Source: Trichomonas gallinae
Taxonomy: Eukaryota
Direction of reading: 5' to 3'
DNA length: 37,251 bases
Assembly: GCA_008369845.1 (NCBI GenBank)
Contig: MRSU01002376.1
Location: 1 to 37,251 of the forward strand
Of this stretch, positions 28,166 to 37,251 are shown piece after piece. The notes below the pieces were generated by a model. The model had not been told where the DNA came from. It searched no databases and was given only the letters and a program-made list of their open reading frames with translations. The position numbers were made by a program, and so were the translations under genes. The first letter of the stretch is position 1. Each line of letters opens with the position of its first letter.

Positions 28166-29911
28166 ATGAAATGTACATGGAAACGTGTCTACTGGTGGCT
28201 GGAAATGATAATTCCTATAGTAATAGCATTTCCGTTCATGTTTAAGTTCGTATACATTGATAAGAATCGTCCTAGCGCTGGCCCGTGCCTCGCCGCGACG
28301 ATTATTACTGCTGCTTATTGGATTTTCGAGCCAATTCCAATTGTCATCACGGCATTCATTCCGATATTCCTACTCCCGTTAACTACTGTATCAACGGCTA
28401 CAAAAATCGCTGCATCAATGTTCACTGATACGTCAATTGTGTTCATTGGTGGCTTTATTTTCTCCATTGCGATGGTTAAGTGGAACTTACACTCCAGAAT
28501 CGCCCTCAAAACTGTTCTAATCTTTGGACTTCGTCCAAATGTTTTGTTATTCGGTATTTTCGTCGTGACAACACTCCTATCATTCTGGATTTCCAATACA
28601 GCATGCGCGCTGACAATGACTCCGAACGCAATTGCCATCATTACAAAGCTGGAAGAGATGACCGGAGATCCAGAAAGCGTTGCTCCATTCGGAAAGGCTC
28701 TTTTGCTGATGATTGCAATGACATGCTCCACTGCTGGTATGATTACACTTATTGGCACACCTCCAAACCTCATTCTTGCACAGACAGTGCAAAATCTTTT
28801 CAAAGGAGCCACTGATATCGGTTTCGCTCAGTTCATGTTCGTTTCTCTACCAGTTTCAATGTGTATGCTGATACCATTATACGTTTTCTTCGTCATTTTC
28901 TACACAAGAAAAGTTAAATTAACTGGACACGTTGAAATTGACGATTTCAAAAAGTCGTATGAGGCCCTCGGACCATGGTCACCAGCCGAAATCATTATCG
29001 GCGTGATGTTCATCATTTTGGCCTTAGCTTGGCTTTTCAGATCCAACATCGACTTCGGATCAAAGACAATGAAGGGTTGGTCCACATTAATTTATGGACC
29101 AAGTGGCTCTTCATACATCAAGGATGGTACAATCGCCATATTCCTTGCTCTTCTGTTTTATATTATTCATATTCCTCCACCGCCGAAGAAGGATGAAAAT
29201 CTCGATGAGGTCGACCTTGAACTTCGCGCAAGGACATCAACGACGAACAAGAGAAGGAATGAAGAGGAATCTGAAAATGATCAGCAAGATCTCGAAAATC
29301 TTAATGATAACGAAGAGGATGACATCGAGCAGCTCTCAATACACGAAGATCCAAAGCCAGCTGAAGAAAACAAGTGGGTTCCAATATTGGATTGGGAATA
29401 TACACAGCAAAAGATGCCGTGGACAATTCTCTTCTTGTTTGCAGGTGGTTTTGCACTCAACCAGGGCTTCACAGACTCAGGCCTCGATGTTTGGATCGGT
29501 GAAAGACTTTCAGGATTAACAAACTTGAAGCTTTACCCTCTTGTCCTCGTTATTACAAGCCTTACAATCCTCATGACCAACCTTGTCGCTTCAAATACAG
29601 CTGTTGCAAACATTTTGTTGCCAATCGTCGCATCTGTTGCTAAATCGTCTGGTACAATCCACCCATTCTTGCTTATGTTCCCAACAGCTTTCGCATGCTC
29701 ATACTGCTTTATTATGCCTGTTGCTACACCGCCAAATCTTATCGCATATTCAACAGGGCGTTTGAAGACACTCGACTTCATCATAGTTGGCACATTCCTT
29801 ACAGTTGTCGCTATTATTGTTGTTCCACCTTTGTGCGTTTGGATTATTCCGCCAGTTTTCAATGCACATGAATTCCCAGACTGGGCTAATGCATCCTCGT
29901 CTGCTAAGTAG
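28166..29911 (+). CDS. SLC13/DASS sodium:sulfate/dicarboxylate symporter
   Basis: Two SNT motifs (WISNTA, VASNTA), IGTPPN, MPVATPPN, PWTILFLFAGGFAL; many TM segments; acidic internal loop. Confidence 0.92.
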   Translation: MKCTWKRVYWWLEMIIPIVIAFPFMFKFVYIDKNRPSAGPCLAATIITAAYWIFEPIPIVITAFIPIFLLPLTTVSTATKIAASMFTDTSIVFIGGFIFSIAMVKWNLHSRIALKTVLIFGLRPNVLLFGIFVVTTLLSFWISNTACALTMTPNAIAIITKLEEMTGDPESVAPFGKALLLMIAMTCSTAGMITLIGTPPNLILAQTVQNLFKGATDIGFAQFMFVSLPVSMCMLIPLYVFFVIFYTRKVKLTGHVEIDDFKKSYEALGPWSPAEIIIGVMFIILALAWLFRSNIDFGSKTMKGWSTLIYGPSGSSYIKDGTIAIFLALLFYIIHIPPPPKKDENLDEVDLELRARTSTTNKRRNEEESENDQQDLENLNDNEEDDIEQLSIHEDPKPAEENKWVPILDWEYTQQKMPWTILFLFAGGFALNQGFTDSGLDVWIGERLSGLTNLKLYPLVLVITSLTILMTNLVASNTAVANILLPIVASVAKSSGTIHPFLLMFPTAFACSYCFIMPVATPPNLIAYSTGRLKTLDFIIVGTFLTVVAIIVVPPLCVWIIPPVFNAHEFPDWANASSSAK

Positions 29912-30942
29912 TTTTTGTTTCTTGGTATAAGTTATATTATTTCATAAAATTTTATATATTACTATTTTTGTTTTTTAAAAATTAAAACGGCTTTTCCAAT
30001 GATCTAAATAGCTAACTAGAAGACATAAATCAATCAGTTCTTCATTGGTTTATCAAATTTTTTTTTTAAAATTTACCAGGTTAATATTCGACGTCTATTG
30101 TCTTATGTGAGTAGAGCTGCACTGTATTAGTAAGTGAACATTATAGTATACTATATACCCTAATTCCATTAGAGAAACAAAATCCTATTTATTCGGTTTT
30201 CATGTCAAATTTTCATTTTATTTTGGAATTAAAAAGCTTATTAAAGTGATCTCGTTCAAACTCAATGAATATCCAATAACTTGTTGCAATTTTCTAGTAT
30301 ATAAATATTATGGTTATAATGTATCTAATTACTTAATTAGGAAAGATTATGACTGATCTATTGTTGAATTTGACTGAGAAATTTTTCGCGATTAAATTTG
30401 CAATTTTTTTTTCTATTTTCAAATGAGAATAAGCTTTATTATATGTCAAAAACTATAATTTCAGAGTTTGAGCACGAAACAACAAAATTTGAGATTTTTA
30501 ATTTTCGAATCATACATCATTTGACTAAGATAATGACGGATTCTTAGTCATATAACAAAACATCCATCAAAATCTTCGCTAAACAGAACGGTTTTCTAAT
30601 AAGTCTCGATTGGAACTACAAAGTATCATAAATGCTATCATTCTGGTGCAAAAACTCCAGCAGCAGATCTCCTACTACATCAGATTTTGTCTAAGCTGCC
30701 TGATGTTTTATGACGAATATAATTTATTGTAACAATAAAATCCGCTTTGTTCATGTTAATTAATTAACTTTTTAACGTCCGAGGACGAAATTTTGCGTTT
30801 TTTTAATAACGTACAAAAACGCGTCCTATCTTTTCCAAATCATCAAGAATGATTTTTTGTTTTTTTTTGTCAAATGTCAAATTCCGGATTTTACATGTCA
30901 TCTAATATAACCTTATTAAAATTTCGAAAAAATTTCAAAAAA

Positions 30943-32796
30943 ATGTTTTTCGCTTTTCTTTTTTTATTCGCTCAGTCCAAAATCATTGGAATTGACTTAG
31001 GAACGACGTTTTCCGTCGTGGGAATCTATAAAGATGGCGGAGTTGAAATAATTCCGAATGAAATCAACAAAAAAATTACTCCATCAGTTGTTTCTTATTA
31101 TAACGGCAGTCGCGTTGTTGGAGACTCTGCAGTACGCCTGGGGACTATACACCCGGAGTCTACAGTCTTCGCTGTAAAAAGATTAATTGGTCGCAAGTTT
31201 TCAGATGACGCAGTTCAGCAAGAAATGCATCGTGTTCCATTCAGCATAGTGGAAAGAGACGAACGCCCATACATAAAGATCTCAACTGAAGAAGATGATA
31301 CATTAATTTCACCAGAAGAGATTTCCGCTTTAGTTTTGAAGAAACTGAAACAGCAGGCTGAAATATATCTCAATGAAACAATACACGAAGCTGTAATTAC
31401 AGTTCCAGCTTATTTCAACGAAGATCAGCGAAAAGCAACAATGACTGCTGGTCAAATTGCCGGTTTAAAGGTCGCAAGGATCATATCAGAGCCAACAGCG
31501 GCAGCTCTAGCTTACGGGCTCAATAAAGCGGATGATCACTATGTTTTAGTCTACGACCTTGGCGGCGGAACATTTGATGTATCGCTCCTCACGATGGAGA
31601 AGGACTACTTCCAAGTTGTCGCAACAGGAGGAGACACTCACTTAGGAGGTGAAGACTTTGATGAGATGTGTGTACAACAGATGGTGACTAGGTTCATGAA
31701 TTCAACAGGAATGGACTGCTCACGCGATCCAGTGGCACTCGCACGCTTAAAGAAGAACTGTGAGGCAGCAAAAATCAGATTATCAGATGAAGATGAGACA
31801 GTTATTGAGATTTCTAACTTTTTCGATGGAAAGGACCTCAAAGAAGTGTACACACGGAAGCAATTTGAAGATAATATCGAAGAATTGCTTCAAAAAACGC
31901 TAAAAACAATTCAACATGTTTTGAATGACGCAAATCTTACAAAGGAAGATGTAGACGACATAGTTATGATTGGTGGATCAACTAGATCTCCAAGAGTCCG
32001 CGAAATTGTTTCGGAATTTTTCAATGGCAAGAAATTGTGCACAGAAATCGATCCAGATGAAGCTGTCGCCTACGGAGCAGCAATTCAAGGCGAAATCATC
32101 TCATCCGAGAACTTCGACGTTGTTGTTGTCGACGTTTATCCTCTGACTCTCGGCGTTGAAACAAACGGCGGCCTAATGTCGCCAATCATCAAGAGAAACA
32201 CAAGGATCCCATGCAGGCGCACGAAGACGTACACCACGCACGCAGATGACGCAGCTGGAGCCAGGATTGAGATCTTCGAGGGAGAAAGGCCGCTGACGAG
32301 AGACAACAGACCTCTAGGCATATTCGAGCTCCACAATCTGCCGAGGGCTGCTCGCGGGCAGCTGCAGATAGACGTGACGTTTGAGATAGACGCCAACGCT
32401 ATACTGACTGTCACTGCGCAGGAGATGTCGACGAAGACGATGGACCAGATACAGATTGATACATTAGACATGGTTTTGCCTCAGGACGAAATCGAAGACG
32501 CAATTGAGAAAGCAAAAATCTTCTCGGAGGAAGATGCTGCTGACAGAGCGAGAGTCGTTGCTCGTGTTGAGTTCGAGCACGCGATAGATGATGTAGCTTC
32601 TCAATTAGAAGCAGAAAAAGACAACCCAATGCTCGGAAAGACGATCTACAAAGAGATGAAGGACAAAGTCAAAGATCTGAGGAAGTGGATCGACGAACAC
32701 CCGATGGAGGAGCCTTGGGTTTACGAGAAGAAGGGCGAAGACTTGAGAGTTGACTTCGCATTTTTGTATCATCGCGGCCAACTTGCAGATTTGTAA
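30943..32796 (+). CDS. ER-type Hsp70 (BiP-like) with signal peptide
   Basis: MFFAFLFLFAQS followed by IIGIDLGTT, TVPAYF, EPTAAA, DLGGGTFDVS, GGEDFD, GGSTR, PDEAVAYGAA; ends LADL. ATG 30943 is preferred over 30874. Confidence 0.9.
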   Translation: MFFAFLFLFAQSKIIGIDLGTTFSVVGIYKDGGVEIIPNEINKKITPSVVSYYNGSRVVGDSAVRLGTIHPESTVFAVKRLIGRKFSDDAVQQEMHRVPFSIVERDERPYIKISTEEDDTLISPEEISALVLKKLKQQAEIYLNETIHEAVITVPAYFNEDQRKATMTAGQIAGLKVARIISEPTAAALAYGLNKADDHYVLVYDLGGGTFDVSLLTMEKDYFQVVATGGDTHLGGEDFDEMCVQQMVTRFMNSTGMDCSRDPVALARLKKNCEAAKIRLSDEDETVIEISNFFDGKDLKEVYTRKQFEDNIEELLQKTLKTIQHVLNDANLTKEDVDDIVMIGGSTRSPRVREIVSEFFNGKKLCTEIDPDEAVAYGAAIQGEIISSENFDVVVVDVYPLTLGVETNGGLMSPIIKRNTRIPCRRTKTYTTHADDAAGARIEIFEGERPLTRDNRPLGIFELHNLPRAARGQLQIDVTFEIDANAILTVTAQEMSTKTMDQIQIDTLDMVLPQDEIEDAIEKAKIFSEEDAADRARVVARVEFEHAIDDVASQLEAEKDNPMLGKTIYKEMKDKVKDLRKWIDEHPMEEPWVYEKKGEDLRVDFAFLYHRGQLADL

Positions 32797-33122
32797 TTAC
32801 AAATAAAATGTTATCATATTACAGCCTTTTTTTTTCCCCAATATCATCATAATTATTTTTAAATTAAAACATTTCGAAACTAATCATAATATATAGTTAT
32901 GTCTCAATACATTAATTACAGAATCAAGACAATACATATATTTTCTCTATGCTGTATATATATAATCATTATGTTTCTATTATGATTTTCAACCTTTTTT
33001 TTAAATCATGATAAAATCATTATGTTTTCTTTTATCATTCATTATTTAATAATGAAATTTGGGTTAGATATAATTAATAAAGACAAAATATTGTAACATA
33101 TCAATTTTAGCAAAAAAATACA

Positions 33123-36005
33123 TTAAACAGAATTAATGTTATTCAAGAAAACAGTTGCTGCGTCACGAAGAATTCCCTTCGACTTAAGCATCTCGAAGTA
33201 TTTAACGAGTCCGCCTACATGTTTGAAAGCTGCGGCAATCTTGCTGTGGCTGGAAAGGGACACGAACATCAGTGCAGCAGGCTTGGTTAAGTTGTTTGAC
33301 TTCTGCAAAAGAGAAGAAAGCTGATCGAAGAAGAGTTTGAACTTCGGCGAGTATCCACTCCTGACGCAGCAGTCGAGGATGACAAAGCTGCCGAGCATCA
33401 TCTGCTCTTTGTTCTCCATGATCTTCATCTTCTCACTCAATGCGTCGAAGAACTCAGCGTCCTCCAAGTTGTAGATCATTCCCTGGTTAAGGTTTGCGCG
33501 GCGCAAAACTGTTCCTAAGGACGGAAGGACTTCATCTGGGAAGTACCTGATGCACTTAGTGATGAACTGCGGGAACCTCTTCGAGCGCATGATGTTCTGC
33601 CTGTAGACCTGGTCAGCGAAGATAATCAAGAAAGTCCTGTAAGTGAACGAGTTCGCGACGTTCATCCATTTTGTTGATGACGCGCAAATCTTGAGATGAT
33701 CTTTAGATTGCGACGCGAATTTCGCCAAAACTCTGGCAATCTTCGGCCTCGCTGCTTTGTCCGCCAGCGCCTTGAAGAGTGTCTTTGATGCTGGATACGA
33801 AGGAGAGCGCATCAAAATGTGCGCGCACGCATCAGAGGAAGTAATGTTAGGAAGTGCTCTGATTATCGCGTCGAATGGAACTTGGTCGCCTTCTTTGTAT
33901 ATCAGCGCGAAAGCATTCATAGCGGCGGCCATGACAGCAGTGTTCTTAGAGCGTGTGAATGCAGAGATTGTCTGCTTGAGATTATCCATTCTATCCTTGG
34001 CAAATTCGTCAATTTGTGTCAGCTGATAAATTAATTTCACGTAAACTTCTCCGCAGTCGATATTAATGAAGTTCCTCGCCCATCTAACCAAGAAGTCCAG
34101 CGCTGGATCTGGCGACCTCAGCCTTCCATATCTGTGGATGAAGTGCGCAAATAGGTGAAGTGTCTGGGCAGGATATGTCTTGAAAAGTGCTGCGATAGCC
34201 CTGAAAATCGTCGACTGAATTGCGTTTGGCGTGATTTCGAATATAGACGCTATGAAGTTGAGTGTAGCAACCTGCGCCTTGTCCGATTCGACTGGGAGGA
34301 GTGAGAAGAAGTGGTACTGCTCGAATATCTTGACAATTTTTCTCTCGCGATTAATAAGTCTGTTGTAATTTTCGAGGATGAATATCATAACTTTCTCGTC
34401 GTCTTTCTGGCGGAAATACTTAAGAAGGATGGCGTAGAGTGGAGTAAACTCTTCAGCGGTTGTCGTGTCGCAGAGTTCTATGACAGTTGACTTGAAGTGT
34501 GGATGATGTGAGTCACTTAAAATCTCTTTTAATGATGGTTCTTTCTTTGTATCACTTTTGCCGACGACTTCTGCCTTTTGCGCGTGTGTTTTCTCAAATT
34601 CGTCATCTGGTTCGTTTTCTTTCTCTTCTTTGTCCTCTTTCATGAGCGGGAATTCGTCTTCAACGATATCTTCGGATAATGGAATTCCGAATGACATCAT
34701 CATTTGATCCTTCATCTGCGCGCGTGTCATCTTCTGGTGGAGCTGAGTGATGACATCATTCTGCCAGCGATTTGAAACGCCTTTGTTGGCTGTGCGAGTG
34801 AATGTAAGTTTTTCGAGTTCTTTTGAAAGCATGTCGCAGAATTCTTTGACCGGTTCTGGCTTTGTTCCAGCAAAGTAGACCTTTCCTGAAGCGAATTCTT
34901 CGAAAATTTGCATTGGATTTGGACGATTCTTCGGATGTTGATCCCAGCAGCGCTTAATGAGGTCAATGAGGCATTCTGGGGTGTCTGGGCGCCTGAAGAT
35001 CGGTCTCTTGCCCGTTCTAATGTTTGTAATGACTTCTTTAAGTGGGCGTCCAGCAAATGGATTCTTCTTCTCGACCATTTCGTACAAAGTTGCAGCGTAA
35101 GCGAAAACATCGACCTTGAAATCGTAGCTCGTGGTGACCATGAGCTCAGGGGCCATGTGTGAGGCAGTACCGATCGCATCAGTCATAATTTTCTTGTTTA
35201 TGAACCTGGAAATACCAAAATCGCAGAGCTTAGGCAGGAAGTGGTGGTCCAACAGTACATTCGCCGCTTTAATGTCACGATGAACAATTCTCTGAACATG
35301 AACATAGCGAATAGCAACGATTAAACCAATGGCAATCATTGTCAAGTGTGTTCCTGAGAATACGGGAGGTGCGTTAATCTTCTCTTTCCTTAGATAAGGA
35401 TGGAGAGATCCATTTGGCATGTATTCTGTGATGATTGTGTATGGTTTTTCAACAGTGAAGCCGACGAAAGGAATAACGAAGCGATTGTTGCACCTTCCCA
35501 TTGTTACGATTTCTCGGCAAAAACTCGTTAAGTTCCTTCCGACGAGTTTTTCAGCGAAAAGTTCTTTGATGGCGACGAGTTTGCCTGTCCTCAAGTCGTT
35601 GGCGAGCCAAACTTCGCCGAAGCCGCCATGACCAATAATTTGGAGGAAAACAAAATCGGAAATATCACGAATTAAGTGTGGGTATGCTGTTGCAAGTCTG
35701 TGGAGGCTCTCATATAAAATCGTTTCAGCTGATTTTGTAAGAGCTGGAGTTTCAATTTCTTTTGGCTTCGCGATGTATTTGAATTTTTGCTGTTTATACT
35801 CGATAGAATTCCTTCTTTTCTTCTGCTGCGAGATCTTCTTGATTGGCCTGTAAGAAAACGAGTGTCTTCTACGATTGTCTTTTGTTATTGTTTTCGTTGC
35901 TTCTTGTTTGCGAAGAGACTGCGTAATGACCTTCTCCATGGACTCCTCGTCGTCGGACGCATTACGCGGCTTGTCGTCTCCGCTTTTTGGTGGCTTTTTG
36001 CTCAT
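33123..36005 (-). CDS. TKL-group protein kinase with long C-terminal ARM/HEAT-like region
   Basis: 960 aa; GHGGFGEV, VAIK, HRDIKAAN, DFG, MAPE, DVFAY, CW; basic N-terminus; helical C-terminal ~470 aa (ARM call is inference). Confidence 0.92.
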   Translation of the reverse strand: MSKKPPKSGDDKPRNASDDEESMEKVITQSLRKQEATKTITKDNRRRHSFSYRPIKKISQQKKRRNSIEYKQQKFKYIAKPKEIETPALTKSAETILYESLHRLATAYPHLIRDISDFVFLQIIGHGGFGEVWLANDLRTGKLVAIKELFAEKLVGRNLTSFCREIVTMGRCNNRFVIPFVGFTVEKPYTIITEYMPNGSLHPYLRKEKINAPPVFSGTHLTMIAIGLIVAIRYVHVQRIVHRDIKAANVLLDHHFLPKLCDFGISRFINKKIMTDAIGTASHMAPELMVTTSYDFKVDVFAYAATLYEMVEKKNPFAGRPLKEVITNIRTGKRPIFRRPDTPECLIDLIKRCWDQHPKNRPNPMQIFEEFASGKVYFAGTKPEPVKEFCDMLSKELEKLTFTRTANKGVSNRWQNDVITQLHQKMTRAQMKDQMMMSFGIPLSEDIVEDEFPLMKEDKEEKENEPDDEFEKTHAQKAEVVGKSDTKKEPSLKEILSDSHHPHFKSTVIELCDTTTAEEFTPLYAILLKYFRQKDDEKVMIFILENYNRLINRERKIVKIFEQYHFFSLLPVESDKAQVATLNFIASIFEITPNAIQSTIFRAIAALFKTYPAQTLHLFAHFIHRYGRLRSPDPALDFLVRWARNFINIDCGEVYVKLIYQLTQIDEFAKDRMDNLKQTISAFTRSKNTAVMAAAMNAFALIYKEGDQVPFDAIIRALPNITSSDACAHILMRSPSYPASKTLFKALADKAARPKIARVLAKFASQSKDHLKICASSTKWMNVANSFTYRTFLIIFADQVYRQNIMRSKRFPQFITKCIRYFPDEVLPSLGTVLRRANLNQGMIYNLEDAEFFDALSEKMKIMENKEQMMLGSFVILDCCVRSGYSPKFKLFFDQLSSLLQKSNNLTKPAALMFVSLSSHSKIAAAFKHVGGLVKYFEMLKSKGILRDAATVFLNNINSV

Positions 36006-36598
36006 AAATGTAAAATAAGAATGATTATTTTATTCAGGGTTATGGCACCTCTCAATTTGCTGTGTAAAGAATAGTTTACACGGCAAATACATATATTTAC
36101 ATGACAAAATAATCAAATCAGTATCATTGTTATTACCAGGCATTTACCGTGATAATATGAGGTTGTCTTAGGTGAGTCAGATGCTTTGAATTGTATTTGT
36201 TTTATCACTTTTTCTTATTATAATTATTTTATCTAAATATCTTTTTATATATCAATATTTTTTCTGATAATAACTTCGGGGATCCGGATATTTGTAGGTT
36301 ATGAGTAGAATATTAATATTATATTGAGAAAATGGTGATTCACTTTTATTTTTTTTCATGCAATGTATAAACTAATCTATATAAGTTAACATTAATTTTC
36401 CATGCACAAATTGCTTTCTTTCTAAGGAATAAAACTGATCATTTCATGACTTATGATCCATATTAAGATCAAACACTTTGTTACTGTTATGGTAATGATT
36501 TCATTTTTTGTTTTGTAAATTCAGTTTACTTGTCAGAATAATTTACATGTCAAAATAATTTTGAATTAAAATGTAAAATGTCAAAATATTTTTTGACG

Positions 36599-37251
36599 AT
36601 GACTGATTTTCCCAGTTTTCCGTCCGATGATCCAACAGAGTGGAAATTCCTTGCAGAAGGCAGCGATTCCATCCTATTTGGCTATGTTGGAACAAAAATT
36701 CCTGAACTAAAAGGCAAAGCAATGAGATTATTCAAGAAATCTCTTCTTCCTAATAAAGTTTACATCACTCCGGAAGAAAGAAAGCACAAGCTTCAGCTTC
36801 ATGTCAATTACATCAACCGTTTTGTAGGTGATGTCCTTCAAGATATCGACTTAGGAAAAATTTATCAAGTTAACACCGAGTTTATTCAGAAATTAGCTGA
36901 AATCACACAACCATTACGCTCTGAGCGTCGCATTAAAGAGTCAATCATCGATGTTGTGACAACAATTTGCTGTTTGCACACGAATCATTGTCCAATGGGA
37001 TCCCTCACAATCGAAATCAAGCCAAAATGGGGCAAGAAGCCGGACTTCCCGCTTCTTCCTGAGGATTCAATAAAGAGAAAAGTATCAAGATTCCAGCTGC
37101 TTCAAACTCTTAAATTAGCAAAAGGAGAGATTACTGAAATATCAGAATATGAGCCAGAAGACCTATTTTCGAATGATAAATCAAGAATTACTCGTGCAAT
37201 GCAAGCGATGATCAAAAATCCACAAGGAAACCTCAAATTCTTTGTTGACAA
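36599..37251 (+). CDS. IPK1: Inositol-pentakisphosphate 2-kinase, truncated by the window end
   Basis: Manual translation MTDFPSFPSDDPTEWKFLAEGSDSILFGYVG...TIEIKPKWG...SRFQLLQTLK...SEYEPEDLFS...KNPQGNLKFF matches the IP5 2-K motifs (W..EG, EIKPK, RF..Q..K, Y.P.DLFS, PQNN). Frame open to the end; alternative in-frame ATG at 36578; absent from the ORF track. Confidence 0.88.
   Translation, partial: MTDFPSFPSDDPTEWKFLAEGSDSILFGYVGTKIPELKGKAMRLFKKSLLPNKVYITPEERKHKLQLHVNYINRFVGDVLQDIDLGKIYQVNTEFIQKLAEITQPLRSERRIKESIIDVVTTICCLHTNHCPMGSLTIEIKPKWGKKPDFPLLPEDSIKRKVSRFQLLQTLKLAKGEITEISEYEPEDLFSNDKSRITRAMQAMIKNPQGNLKFFVD

Noticed and set aside
30642..30706. Two small hairpins (CTGG..CCAG; ACATCAG..CTGATGT) as a snoRNA
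   Set aside because: Stems are short, there are no properly placed H/ACA or C/D boxes and no strand-specific G-U signal
32100..35700. GC-richer segment as horizontal transfer
   Set aside because: Both genes are typical eukaryotic families and the shift is within coding sequence; codon-usage variation is a simpler explanation
594..36074. Numerous short ORFs overlapping the main genes (e.g. 3663-4235, 17005-17397, 28315-28812, 34727-35179)
   Set aside because: Antisense or alternative-frame shadows of GC-richer coding sequence, with no recognisable domains

Overview
Eukaryotic, intron-free, AT-rich genomic DNA read in the standard code. Gene style, TCA(T/C)(T/A) initiators, AAAGTGAC/ACGGTT core-promoter motifs and the gene families point to a trichomonad (Trichomonas-like); this is an inference. 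There are 16 complete protein genes and one truncated one: a head-to-head pair of ABCB half-transporters, an SLC12 cotransporter, an importin-beta-like HEAT protein, two UBL-UBA shuttle factors, a CHID1-like inactive GH18, a nucleoplasmin-like protein, two coiled-coil and one other hypothetical protein, two TKL kinases, a TBC Rab-GAP, an SLC13/DASS symporter, an ER-type Hsp70, and a 3'-truncated IPK1 missed by the ORF track. There are also ankyrin pseudogene remnants. The coding content is ordinary, and the unexplained signals are non-coding: (1) a GC-rich, minus-strand long-hairpin RNA candidate ending in ACA-NNN with an upstream M3-like promoter motif (16476-16600); (2) a decayed ~430-bp foldback element (12645-13080); (3) a recurrent upstream motif TTTAY-N-TGNCA, which also forms a palindromic tandem array in a divergent promoter; (4) several palindrome-bearing minisatellites and duplications. 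No CRISPR, rRNA, tRNA or transposase gene was found, and no new multi-gene system can be claimed from this window.
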